Shown here in pieces: positions 16,028 through 26,600 of a stretch of DNA of 40,547 bases. Each line of letters opens with the position of its first letter. Within the stretch, counting starts at the first letter, position 1. Source of the DNA: a virus (lineage: Duplodnaviria > Caudoviricetes); IMG/VR virus record IMGVR_UViG_3300004369_000042, positions 1 through 40,547 of that record. One strand, given 5' to 3'. The position numbers and the translations under genes were made by a program. Under the pieces are notes generated by a model. That model was not told the DNA's origin. It worked only from the letters and a program-made list of their open reading frames with translations, and did not search any database.

Positions 16028-16419
16028 TTAGATACACCCTTAAATTTTTCAAATGTACGTAGACCACCTAGTCCAAGCATGCCCATGAGCACGGTCAAGA
16101 GCGACCCCATGTCGAACTCAGGAAGTGCAGGAATTTCGACCCCAGCGTACGCTGTTGCGAACAATACCAACGGAGCAACAACAAAGTGATACGCAAGCGC
16201 GACACCACAGGTCCATCCGACGAACGGACGCCATCCAGCAACAAACAAGGACCGGTGTTGGGCCTCTGCTTTGTTGATTTCAATTTGTCCTTTAGCAAGT
16301 TCTTGCGCATGTCTCTCTGCCATCGTTGCAAGATCATGAGCAAGTTTAGCTTTCTGGTCTTTATCCTCGATAAATTTATCGAGTAGTCCTGTAACAGGAC
16401 CAATCAGCGTTTCCAACAT
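16024..16419 (-). CDS. holin (3TM, GTA-holin-like)
   Basis: FVAGWRPFVGWTC and GMLGLGGLRTFEK motifs; adjacent to the endolysin. Confidence 0.8.
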   Translation of the reverse strand: MLETLIGPVTGLLDKFIEDKDQKAKLAHDLATMAERHAQELAKGQIEINKAEAQHRSLFVAGWRPFVGWTCGVALAYHFVVAPLVLFATAYAGVEIPALPEFDMGSLLTVLMGMLGLGGLRTFEKFKGVSK

Positions 16420-16889
16420 TATATGACCCCCTTGTCTCTCATTACTGTTAGTACAAAGAACAAGACAAATGCCACAATTACTAGGCCTATGGCTGCTAGG
16501 GTACCATATACTAGGTACTCAATCAATTGCTCTCTAGCTTGTTTTGCCTCCTTCTTTTCTTGTATGCGTCGTTTCCTAGCTTCTACTTGAAACCGTACCC
16601 AGTCAGTATGAAGACCGGGTCGCCCGCAATAAATCATTAACTGTTTTAATTCTTCCTCTTTTTGTTTAAGCTGCTCCAGGGCCATAAACTCTTCAAGGTC
16701 GTCACCATCTTTTCCACCGACTTTTGACCAGAAGCTATTTTTCTTTTTAGTGCCTCTCTGATGCAGATCATCTTTAGCATGAGTGAATGCTGCAATCTGT
16801 TTAGCACAATCTGTAATTTCTTTACCATTTGAAATAGCCGTTTTTATAACTGCGAAGGCCGCATTGGCGGCTGCCAATTCTGCTAACAA
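16419..16889 (-). CDS. hypothetical protein with C-terminal TM helix
   Basis: TTG start after AAGGAGG; coiled coil plus hydrophobic C-terminus. Confidence 0.75.
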   Translation of the reverse strand: MLAELAAANAAFAVIKTAISNGKEITDCAKQIAAFTHAKDDLHQRGTKKKNSFWSKVGGKDGDDLEEFMALEQLKQKEEELKQLMIYCGRPGLHTDWVRFQVEARKRRIQEKKEAKQAREQLIEYLVYGTLAAIGLVIVAFVLFFVLTVMRDKGVI

Positions 16890-16909
16890 TGTGACCTCCT
16901 TTCATGATT

Positions 16910-17134
16910 TTAATGTGGTCCATCTAAATATAGTTTTACCGCTGTAGCTATTGCTACAATTAAACCTCCAACCCAAACAATGACTTTGAGTCCACCTTTG
17001 CCCATAGCAACGTGGTCACGAAGTTCTTTAATGTCCTTCGTGTTTTGGTCAACAGTTCGGCTAACATGGTTGATCTTTTCATCCATGCCACTTACTAATC
17101 TGACCAACTCTTGCACTGTCTTATCCTCAGGCAT
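16910..17134 (-). CDS. small coiled-coil protein with C-terminal TM helix
   Basis: TGATG coupling to the upstream gene; heptad pattern then hydrophobic segment. Confidence 0.7.
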   Translation of the reverse strand: MPEDKTVQELVRLVSGMDEKINHVSRTVDQNTKDIKELRDHVAMGKGGLKVIVWVGGLIVAIATAVKLYLDGPH

Positions 17135-17589
17135 CAAATATCCCCGTCCTTAGGAGTCTTTGTTTTAGCTGCCTCCCAAGTTGTCAATATGTTATTAAGG
17201 CCAGTGGGCAGCGTAGCACCACCAGCTTTAATCTGTTTAAAATATTTTAAAATTTCGTCTAGTTGATCTCCGACTGCTGGATAATCTTGTTGTCTATGAC
17301 TACGAGCTATGTTATTAGTTATAGCAGCCGCATCAAGTTTAGCTTTTAAATCGGCATCAGTAGACAGATCATGGGTCTGATAATCAAGGCTCTCGTCTTG
17401 TGTAGGCATAGCAGCAAGGCTTGTTTCTACTTTTGCATACTCACGACCATCAATCTCGGCTAGCCATACAAAGTAAGACTCAGTGGCCGTAGGGCCTGGT
17501 TCAGCATCTACAGCTTTTGTTTCTGCCTCGCCTAAATCTGGGAAGATTGGTTGTGTACCTTTAAGGTATGATATAATTGTATATGCCAT
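17134..17589 (-). CDS. putative tail fibre-associated/chaperone protein
   Basis: R...YP.VGDQLD...K.K.PK C-terminal pattern; follows the fibre genes. Confidence 0.55.
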   Translation of the reverse strand: MAYTIISYLKGTQPIFPDLGEAETKAVDAEPGPTATESYFVWLAEIDGREYAKVETSLAAMPTQDESLDYQTHDLSTDADLKAKLDAAAITNNIARSHRQQDYPAVGDQLDEILKYFKQIKAGGATLPTGLNNILTTWEAAKTKTPKDGDI

Positions 17590-17590
17590 G

Positions 17591-19285
17591 TTAAACCCCT
17601 AATCTCACTCTCTGTGTTTCCGCTGGATAAGGGCTACCATCTCTGTAATTACTAGTACCTAGCTTGTTGTTTGAGTTACGGCCTGCTGCAAACACCATGC
17701 CATTCTTAAGTCGTACAAAAGCGCCATACTCAGAAGTGTAGCCGTGAGCTGTCAAACCCGCCGGTTCCCATAATATATTACCAGAAGAATCTCTTGGTTT
17801 GCGCATATCCGCTTCAAAACTAGCATAAGCAACACCCGTATTTCCAGTAGCTTTTGTAGCAGACGGGTGATAAAAGCCTAAAGGTATAGTCCAACGTTGA
17901 AAACTAGTTACCTGGCTTGAATTACCACTTCCGTAACCGCCATAAACGCCGGTGGAATATACATGACCATCGTTAGCTAGCATTGCCGTTGTATGATAAT
18001 GAGCAGAACCATTATATGCTCCTGTACAGGCTAAGTCAATAATATCCCACTTATTCCCAATATACTGGGAAGCTAACCAGCCTTGGCCCGTGCATAGTTG
18101 CATGTGTGCAGCTGATGTATTACCTGCGCCACCTTGTCCTTGGCCATTGTAACCACCGACAAACCACAAACGATTTTGATCATCCATAGCCCAGCACGAA
18201 CCATATTCTTGGCCGCATTGAATTTTTGTAAAAGCAGAAACTCCCGCTGGAAAAGCTATCTGCGTAAAATTACTATAGTTTCCTGTGCCGTTATACAAGG
18301 CATATTGGCCCCCATAACCTGTACCAAACAAGCGGCCATCTTTAAGAAGTACAAATGTCACGCCGGCCCGAGAGCTTCCACAAGGAGCAATAGCCATGTA
18401 GTCAGTTGGTGATAAACCAGAGGGAAGTCCGGTACAAGGTGTCAGTCTAGACTGGTTACTGGTATTACCTACGCCGAGCTTACCCCAACTGTTTTGGCCA
18501 CAAGCCCAAAGAGTACCGTCATCTTTAAGAGCATAAACAGCTTGGTAATCACCGCCGCCTGCCGCAAAGTCATATATATTAGATGATAATGTACCATCAT
18601 TAAAATACATACGAACAGGTTGTGAGTAGTTACTTGTATTATTCTGTCCTAGCTGTCCATAACCGTTATAACCCCAAGCCCATAGCTGCCCTGATTTAGT
18701 GAGTGCATAGAGAGAATTAGACGCGGTAGGAAAACCCCTAGTAATATCAACTTTAGTAATAATCTGGTTTCGGTCAGAGGACCTAGGACCTATGCTCGTG
18801 GTATTTAAATTTTGTAGATATTGAATGCTACTTGTATTACCATGTCCTAGCTGACCGTGGCCGTTATATCCCCAAACAGATACATCACCAGCATCTGTTA
18901 AAACCATTGTGTTGTCATAAGCCTGGCAGAGCGCAATGGGCTTACCAACCAAGGATCTTGTATAACCCGTACCTGTCCAATGCGTTATAGTTTTCCAAGT
19001 GTCAATATTGGCGGATTGACTATATTGAGCCAAGGTGTTATTACTGTGGCTGCCAGTCATATACACCTGGCCATCTTTCATAAGGAAAGCCTGGTGATAG
19101 TAAGTAATATCGGTTCTATTTCCTACTTGGGGTAGTTTATGGCCAGGCATGCGTTTCCACATGGCTGACTCATTTGCCATAGCGACACAAAACTCGTGGT
19201 CACCAAGCTGACCGCCACCACCACTGACACCGCCGCCTGCAGATAATACCTGTTTAGGTAGGTCTTGCTTGATAACATCGTTCAT
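17591..19285 (-). CDS. RCC1/BLIP-II repeat beta-propeller, putative receptor-binding protein
   Basis: Repeats of the type GxLWAWGYNGYGQLG; lies in the tail module. Confidence 0.8.
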   Translation of the reverse strand: MNDVIKQDLPKQVLSAGGGVSGGGGQLGDHEFCVAMANESAMWKRMPGHKLPQVGNRTDITYYHQAFLMKDGQVYMTGSHSNNTLAQYSQSANIDTWKTITHWTGTGYTRSLVGKPIALCQAYDNTMVLTDAGDVSVWGYNGHGQLGHGNTSSIQYLQNLNTTSIGPRSSDRNQIITKVDITRGFPTASNSLYALTKSGQLWAWGYNGYGQLGQNNTSNYSQPVRMYFNDGTLSSNIYDFAAGGGDYQAVYALKDDGTLWACGQNSWGKLGVGNTSNQSRLTPCTGLPSGLSPTDYMAIAPCGSSRAGVTFVLLKDGRLFGTGYGGQYALYNGTGNYSNFTQIAFPAGVSAFTKIQCGQEYGSCWAMDDQNRLWFVGGYNGQGQGGAGNTSAAHMQLCTGQGWLASQYIGNKWDIIDLACTGAYNGSAHYHTTAMLANDGHVYSTGVYGGYGSGNSSQVTSFQRWTIPLGFYHPSATKATGNTGVAYASFEADMRKPRDSSGNILWEPAGLTAHGYTSEYGAFVRLKNGMVFAAGRNSNNKLGTSNYRDGSPYPAETQRVRLGV

Positions 19286-20298
19286 TAGTAATCTCCAACA
19301 TGCGTACTGATGTAAACAGAACCCTGGTTAGAGGAAGTGTTACCTTTATTCAAGGCCCACAAATCTCTATTGATTAGGAAGTATCGATCACTATCTAGCC
19401 ACTGTTGGTAGGTCGTATTAAGACCTGATAAACTTGGATTATTACTAAGACCTGAGTTTGCTGCAACTGGCATACTAAACAAAGGTATCCAACGCCAAAT
19501 TGTAATGCTAAGACCAAGCTCCTGAGTAATGGTATTACCAGGGTTGTTTGCTAGTGTTAGTACTAGATTGCTAATTGAGCTAACTCGATATTCACCTCTG
19601 TTAGCAGCTACTACACTACTACCAAGGGTAACCAGGATATTGGTTTCTAGTCCTTGAATTGTAGAATCATCTACCCAATTAGTTGCCACCGTCTTAGTTA
19701 GAGTAAACGGATCAGAAGCAGGTGTAGATCCGGGCACTAGGTTCACGGCAATGTTTTCACAAATCATTTCCTTAAAACCAAAATGCACCGTGATTTCGTT
19801 AGATGAATCATCTGAGGTCAAAACCATTTGATGGATACGAGAGCCATTAGTTCCTGGTGACAGAATTTTAACGGGCTCATTAGCCATATTCTGTTTTAGC
19901 TCTGCATATTCTGCTCGATAATTATCTACAAAGCTAGGTGCTTTATTAGAGTCAAGTCCAGCCGTAATAGCTGCACCACCCATTCCTGAGTGATTACCAC
20001 AGAAGTAATACAAGTTGGCCTGTCCAGTTATAATCCTAATAACTGTCTTAGAACCAGCGGAACCGGCTGTACCTGTTGCACTAACATTTGATGTTAGCTC
20101 AGTACCTGAATCGGCGTGCGTGCCATCAACATTTGTTGAAAACTTAAAGGGATGTCCTGTGTTTGATGCATGTGCCGTATCAAACTCGTAAACATTTCCT
20201 TCCTGTAGATTTAAGACGGGGGTTTGTATCCCGTCTATAAAGAAACGGTTCCCACCATCAACTGACTGAACCGTAACTGTGTATTTTCTGTAAGCCAT
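19285..20298 (-). CDS. tail-associated protein with N-terminal cupredoxin-like domain
   Basis: YEFDTAHASNTGHPFKFST...LYYFCGNHSGMGG. Confidence 0.65.
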   Translation of the reverse strand: MAYRKYTVTVQSVDGGNRFFIDGIQTPVLNLQEGNVYEFDTAHASNTGHPFKFSTNVDGTHADSGTELTSNVSATGTAGSAGSKTVIRIITGQANLYYFCGNHSGMGGAAITAGLDSNKAPSFVDNYRAEYAELKQNMANEPVKILSPGTNGSRIHQMVLTSDDSSNEITVHFGFKEMICENIAVNLVPGSTPASDPFTLTKTVATNWVDDSTIQGLETNILVTLGSSVVAANRGEYRVSSISNLVLTLANNPGNTITQELGLSITIWRWIPLFSMPVAANSGLSNNPSLSGLNTTYQQWLDSDRYFLINRDLWALNKGNTSSNQGSVYISTHVGDY

Positions 20299-20310
20299 GA
20301 TACCTCCTAT

Positions 20311-21102
20311 CTATACAAAGTTACTTACAAGTTGCACTTTACTGATTGCCGAAGCGGCGGAGTCTAGTGCAACGGTTCGAGTCTCATTGCCGCCTTCGTT
20401 ATTTGTAGTCATTTCGATACCTGTGCCCTGTATAATTTTTAGCTCTAGAAAGCTAGCTGTGGAATCATTAGCACTAACTTTAAGATTACCTGGTGATAGC
20501 TGGTTTTGAATGCTTATGACATTTTGCTCTGCAGCTTGTGCATCTGCAGCTGACTGTGCAGCGGCAGCAGCATTTGTTTGAGCATTAGCAATGTCATTTG
20601 CATCAGGCCCTGCAATCAAACCATCAGCGGTAGTATTCCAGATAAGAGCTTTATTAGCTACCGGTTCAGAAATTTCAATTGATGATACAGTGGCTGATGT
20701 GATAGCAACTTTAAGAGATCTATCAATCTGCTCACTAAGCATAGTAGCAATTAGCGTTAGCTTATCCAGCGCCCCTTCGTGTGTTTCAGCAGGAAATGGG
20801 TCACCCTCAACATAGTCAACTTGTTGAGTAATATCAACTTTACGAACAATAATAATACGGTAAGTAGCCGGAAGAACGGTATTTAGGGTAATAGTCGCGT
20901 ACATAGTAGCCGAGTTAATAGTGGTTGTATAGTCATACGTACCACCACCGCCTCTAACTTGTTGTGCTGCGGTTCCTGTTGCAGTATTAAAAGTATAAAC
21001 TTCTAAATCGTCAACTTCAAATACCGGTGCATTGAAATAGAAGGTACTAGTCGCGCCTGTACCTAGTTCGACAACACGTTTTACCTCCGTTGCAATAGTC
21101 AT
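20311..21102 (-). CDS. tail fibre attachment/adaptor protein
   Basis: GTGATSTFYFN...FPAETHEGALDKLT...IDRSLK, a podovirus fibre N-terminal domain pattern. Confidence 0.75.
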   Translation of the reverse strand: MTIATEVKRVVELGTGATSTFYFNAPVFEVDDLEVYTFNTATGTAAQQVRGGGGTYDYTTTINSATMYATITLNTVLPATYRIIIVRKVDITQQVDYVEGDPFPAETHEGALDKLTLIATMLSEQIDRSLKVAITSATVSSIEISEPVANKALIWNTTADGLIAGPDANDIANAQTNAAAAAQSAADAQAAEQNVISIQNQLSPGNLKVSANDSTASFLELKIIQGTGIEMTTNNEGGNETRTVALDSAASAISKVQLVSNFV

Positions 21103-23624
21103 TATCTCACTCCTTCAAACAGCTTATTACCACCACCATAAGGGATTTCCCTTGAAGGCGGCATATAAAAACGCTGGTTATTTTCAGTCATTATACGCTG
21201 TTCTAGTCGAGAAAGATACCCCGGATTTACCATTTCTTGCAGCTGGTACAAAAATAAATAATCTAGTGCCATCCGAGTATAGAACAGGTTAATAAAGGGG
21301 GTGTTGTCTTTTACCATTTGTAGCGCTGTAGCGCCAAAGTCTTCACCCCTGGTTGCTTTAGTCCAAAGTTCAGCTATGGTATCTACTTGACCAAGTGTTG
21401 GACCTGCAGCAGTAGATAGCGCTGATCGGCCAAATCTGCTAAACTCGCCAAATAAGAAGTCTCCATAAATACCAAGCCCGCCGCCTTGTGTTAGAGCGGC
21501 CATAATTAGTTTAGCATTTTGGGCATTATCATCGGTAAAGGTTCTTGGTGAACGACCTTTGAGAACATCCTTCATATACATGGCGCCATAGCCAAACACA
21601 GTACTCATGGTGATTAGAGATACTAATCCAACAATATCCGCTTTACCGTCCATCTGACCGGCAATCTCACGACCCATACCACGTCTAATCATTGTAATCG
21701 GGAATGATTTAAACTGCATGATATGACGATACATTTCACCTGTAGCCGTACCTGCTTCAGTACCCCTGTTCATGATGGCACGTTCAGCAGCACCAGGCAT
21801 AGGAATACCGTGGTCTGCTCTATCAATAAAAAACGTATCGAGCATTGAAACAAGATCATCTCTAGCTTCATTAATCTGACGCGCGGTCTTAGCAGGCTTA
21901 CCTTTCATTGCCAAATAAGCAGCAACTTCAGCATCACCTAATTCCTCAATGGCATCTGAAACCATATACTTATTGCCATCAGAAAGGTTTTTAACACCAT
22001 GCCGAGAATAAACAGACCATTCAGCATCACCAATACCGTACTGACGTAGAACATTCTGGAGCCGTGGTCCTAGGTCCTTATATGCCATAGTGGCAGACTC
22101 GGCTAGATGGTTACTCATCATGAGACCCATACCCGTACGATGCGAGTCGTTCCACCAGGTCATAAGATTAAGTTTAAAGAATTTTTGCTGCAGCTTAGCC
22201 CCAGTTCCTGCAATATGGTCATTAGCATGGAACCTTGACATGAGGTCCCCTGTAATACCATCAAAACCAATACCCATAGATCTTGCTATAGTTTTTTGTT
22301 CTGCATTTCCTCGGCCACGGAATAAATTACTAAAGGCATTAGTATAAGCAGCAAATACGTTTTTACCTTGATACCTTAATTCCGCTGCCTGGTTAGCAAT
22401 ATCTGTGATAGACGAAATAGTAGCACCACCAAGTTTAGAAACATTGGCAATCATTCTTAAAGTAGCATTAATCTTAGCAGTTCTCATATTAACAGGGATA
22501 CGTGTAGTACCATCAAGCTCTGCTAAAAGGTATTTCAGCTCATTGTTATTTAACTGGTCTGTTACTTTTATGTTACCTGCTTTTTGCGCTTCTGTAAGAT
22601 AACGCTTTTTAAGCTTATCAAGCATGCTTACAGGATTAGTACCAAGGCCTCTCATTAGAGCCGTATTACGAGCTAGGTGCTCTAACCCATGAACAATGCC
22701 TTCTCGTAGGTCTCCTGCGCCAAAGACCTTGTTGTATTCCATAAAGGACTCTGCATCTTTAAAATGCAGCACACGCTCTTGACTAGCTTTTTTAGCCAGA
22801 TTAGAGGGGCCCTTAAATCCATACAAGTGATTTGACTGTGTTGATTCAGGCTTAAATCTACGGTGTACACCTGATGCCAGGCCTTTATAAGCGCCCTCTA
22901 AAAACTTGCGTTTATCAGCACCTTTAAATGTTGTATCATCTAGCTTATCCCAGACAAAATTAATCCATTCGTCCATAGTAGCTTTACGCAAACGCATCAT
23001 GTCGTGTGTTTGACGCATAATATACCCAGGCATAGACCTGATATATGAACCTGCCATATTAGAGTTTTTAACGGCGAGCTCTTGTATTTCATGAATAACT
23101 TCTGCAATACGCTTAGCAGCAGCATTACCTGTAATACCAGGTTGACCTCCAGGCTTGATTTCCCAAAGCTCTTTTGCAATCATGTCATCAAACTTACCAC
23201 TATTAAAGTACGCTATATCTCCGTTCTTTTCTAAACGGTCAATAAGCTTACCTATATACTTATTGGTAAGAGCTTTACCCTGAGCATCAATGCTCAATTT
23301 TGATTTAAACTTAGATTTTATTGATCCACCCATGAGAGCTTTTAAGCCTTCATAAGGATTATCAAAGGCGCTAATCTGTTGAATAGCACGCATTTCGACC
23401 ATAGCGTTAATGGCACGATTACGCTTTTCAATAGTTGCTGCTAGCACAGTATCATCAAAACGCTCTTTAATATGTTGAGCTAGAGCGTTATCGATATTGT
23501 CTATATTTTTATTGTTCGTAATGAAATCATCAATTTCTTCCAGCATTTCCATGGCTGCATCATCAGTGATACTTCCATTTTTATTTGCTGCCTTAATAAT
23601 TCCAATACATTTTTGAATACTCAT
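21102..23624 (-). CDS. internal virion (ejection) protein
   Basis: Large helical protein at the internal-core position; ATGA overlap gives start 23624. Confidence 0.75.
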   Translation of the reverse strand: MSIQKCIGIIKAANKNGSITDDAAMEMLEEIDDFITNNKNIDNIDNALAQHIKERFDDTVLAATIEKRNRAINAMVEMRAIQQISAFDNPYEGLKALMGGSIKSKFKSKLSIDAQGKALTNKYIGKLIDRLEKNGDIAYFNSGKFDDMIAKELWEIKPGGQPGITGNAAAKRIAEVIHEIQELAVKNSNMAGSYIRSMPGYIMRQTHDMMRLRKATMDEWINFVWDKLDDTTFKGADKRKFLEGAYKGLASGVHRRFKPESTQSNHLYGFKGPSNLAKKASQERVLHFKDAESFMEYNKVFGAGDLREGIVHGLEHLARNTALMRGLGTNPVSMLDKLKKRYLTEAQKAGNIKVTDQLNNNELKYLLAELDGTTRIPVNMRTAKINATLRMIANVSKLGGATISSITDIANQAAELRYQGKNVFAAYTNAFSNLFRGRGNAEQKTIARSMGIGFDGITGDLMSRFHANDHIAGTGAKLQQKFFKLNLMTWWNDSHRTGMGLMMSNHLAESATMAYKDLGPRLQNVLRQYGIGDAEWSVYSRHGVKNLSDGNKYMVSDAIEELGDAEVAAYLAMKGKPAKTARQINEARDDLVSMLDTFFIDRADHGIPMPGAAERAIMNRGTEAGTATGEMYRHIMQFKSFPITMIRRGMGREIAGQMDGKADIVGLVSLITMSTVFGYGAMYMKDVLKGRSPRTFTDDNAQNAKLIMAALTQGGGLGIYGDFLFGEFSRFGRSALSTAAGPTLGQVDTIAELWTKATRGEDFGATALQMVKDNTPFINLFYTRMALDYLFLYQLQEMVNPGYLSRLEQRIMTENNQRFYMPPSREIPYGGGNKLFEGVR

Positions 23625-26600
23625 CCGGCACCTCTCACGCATACGGCTGCAGCTTTAGCAGCCTCATACAAGTCATTAGCTAGTTCAATATCGGCTTTAC
23701 CATCAGCTTCAATTGCCTCAAGCTCTTTGGTTAAAGCTGCGACATACTTAGGTTCAACGTTTGCTAATTCAGCTTTTATCATTTCATTTAATTCTTGTAT
23801 AGTGTTTTCCTGCTCTTTAAGCTCTTGACTCTTATTAAATTTCAAAGTTTCTTGACGCTGATTAGGATCTACTGCTAAATCAGGATCTGTATCATTAATA
23901 TCAGAAACCGCGTTTGATACCTGTTTATGGTATTTTTGTCCTATTTTCAAAGCTTGCTGCTTATCCATCATTTTAGGAACAGCTTCACCAGGCCTTAGAG
24001 CGTCTAGCTCCATGACCATCTTACCACCTTTACTAATTTGAACGACTTCTCTAATAACAAAAGTTGTATCATGCGGCAAAATAATTTCTGTTTCGCCTGT
24101 CTTAAAAGTCCAGGCTTTACCTTCTCCTGATGCTAGACCTTTCATACCTTTAGGTAGATTAATCTTAAGCATGATAGAGTCAGAATTCATAAAGCCACTA
24201 GCTGATGAACGACTAACACCTGTAGAGGTAAAACCAGCTAGTTTAACAGCTCCACCCCTCATAGCTTTTGCAGTAGCAATATCTGTAGTGTTTGACAAGT
24301 TAATGTTTTTAACACCATTAAAAGCAGTAAACGGAGTACCGCCTCGCCAAACTTGTACCTGTTGGTCAAGAGAGCCTTTTTTAAGAATAAGCTCTTGAAG
24401 CTTATTTCCGTAAGCCCTGATTACACCAACAGCATCCTCATAATTTTTAACAATTGGTTTGCCATCAAGATATTGAGATACAGACTTAGCACGACTAATA
24501 ATATCTGCTTCAGACATTTTGTAGCTTGGATTAGTAACTACACCATCAATATTCCTCAAAGCCCGATTAAGCCAAGAATAACCGCTTCCAGTATAACTTT
24601 TAATAAAAGCTGCTTCTGCTTCATCAAAGCCAGCATTTTGTGCCTTATTAAGGTTAGCTACGGCTTTCTTAGCGGAGTGCTGACTGTTAGCAACGATAGT
24701 CCCTTTCTTTGTAGAGACTTGCTGAGCAACACGCCCAAAGTCCCCTACTTCTTGTAGGGCCTGACGCCTGTTTACAAGAAATGATCTTAGAGCATCGGCT
24801 TCTTTTTTAGGCAAGCCAACAATCTGGATGATTTCATTAATTTCTTTTTGATCGGTCTGGAATATACGCTTAGAAGTTTCTAGAGTTTTTGCCCTAAACT
24901 CGTCCTCTGTAAGTTCCATGGCTTCATAGATCTTAGCAGCAGTTGGATTTTTCTTAGGATCTTTAAGAGTCTGTAGTTCAGGAATATCAACACCTTTAAG
25001 CCAGTCATCAGGCTTAAGATCACCTTGTGCTCGATACAACAAAGCACCGCCTGGATCAATACGGAAAACCGTACCGTCAGGTGCCAGCATTAGATTAAAA
25101 TTAGGTGCATTACCAACAACGTCCCAGTTGCCTAGATACATATCAACCAAAAAGTCATCAGCAAACGCTTGCCTTACTTCTTTAGGAAGCTTAGCAAACT
25201 CGTCAGGTGTAATCATTTTGGCGCCATCGACAATTTGAGAAGCTACACCAACAATATCCCCATTTGAATTAGTTACTAGACGAGTCTCAGGGAAAGCGAC
25301 TCCAAACATTTTATATAGTGTTGCTGCCAAAAATTCATTTTTGGCAATATTTGGATCTTTAGGATATTTGACGTAGTATTTTTTACCTGTTGCCGCATCT
25401 GTATAGGTACCACCTTTTTGTGTACCCATTTGATCGCCTGTCTGCTGCAGGTTTTCATCAAGCAACTGTTCGTCAAAGGCAATTTTTTTACCGTCTCCAA
25501 GTAAAGTACCCTCATCAAACTGAGCATATTCATCAATAACTGCTTGTTTACCTGCTTTAATATTATCGGCAAAAGCAGTGATATGAGGATCACCTTGAAA
25601 TAGTTTTAAAGCATCACCAGGATTAGCTAGTACAACGTCATTCTGGTTCATCTTAGGATTGAACTCAGCGTTTGTGACGTCAATAACGTGGTGAATAGAT
25701 CCTTCTTCTAATTTTATCGACGCAGAATATTTAACATCCGCCTGCGCCATGTCCACGCCGTGCATGAGCATTGCCATGTGAGCCTTCTCACCGATCGAGA
25801 CAGGGTCACCAAAGTTAGTCGCAACCTGATCATCACCAAAAAGACGTAGAGTTCCATCTTTATTTTTAACAAGGACATATTGACCATCTGTTGTTTTAAT
25901 CCTAAAAGCTATTTTGTTTTGTATTTTTTGTGCTGCTGCTTCAGCTACGGCCTCTTGAAACTCGTCACTAGTAAAAGCAGTTTTAACTTTAACACCACTA
26001 AGCTTAGATGCTTTTTCGCCTTTGTCTACTAGAGCTAAAGATTCGCTAGCATTAGTGTGCGGTTTGTACTCTAAAGTTTCACTTGATTTAACTGGCTTGT
26101 TTGTATCAGCAATTTCTAATTCATCTGAACTACGACTAACTGGCCCAAATTCTGCTGAATCACCACTGTTTGTAGGTACCTCATAAGGTACTTCATCACT
26201 CATATTAGTAATAGGAGTAACTTCTACACTCTGGCCATTTGTTAGCTGGTTTGTTGCTGTATCAAGAGCTTTAGCGTGACGCTTTGCTCGAATATGTTTA
26301 ACGGCATCTATAACAGCTCCACCACCAACGTGTAATCCACCACCTGCGAACGTACCAAATGTAACGTTCATAAATGACTGGAGCAGACCATAGTCTGCCT
26401 GCTCTTGCTGAGCTGCAGCATAGATAGGTACCTCAACAATGGCTGAAGCATACAGGCCACCTAAACCGCCACGCACAAACCTACTACCCGTTTTAGTTGC
26501 CGCCCAGCCAAATTGTCCTGCTAGTTTAGCAGCACCGACGGGAGGAATAAACATGAGCGGCAACGTAACAGGATCAACAAGAGCCATGCCCATTTCTAGG

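Noticed and set aside
17591-19285. Diversity-generating retroelement targeting the receptor-binding protein, given BPP-1-like structural genes
   Set aside because: No reverse transcriptase and no template/variable repeat pair seen; the repeats are protein-level RCC1 units.
20296-20313. In-frame TAG readthrough fusing the fibre adaptor to the next gene
   Set aside because: The genes are in frame, but the spacer holds a clear GGAGG RBS for independent initiation, and in-frame spacing occurs by chance one time in three.
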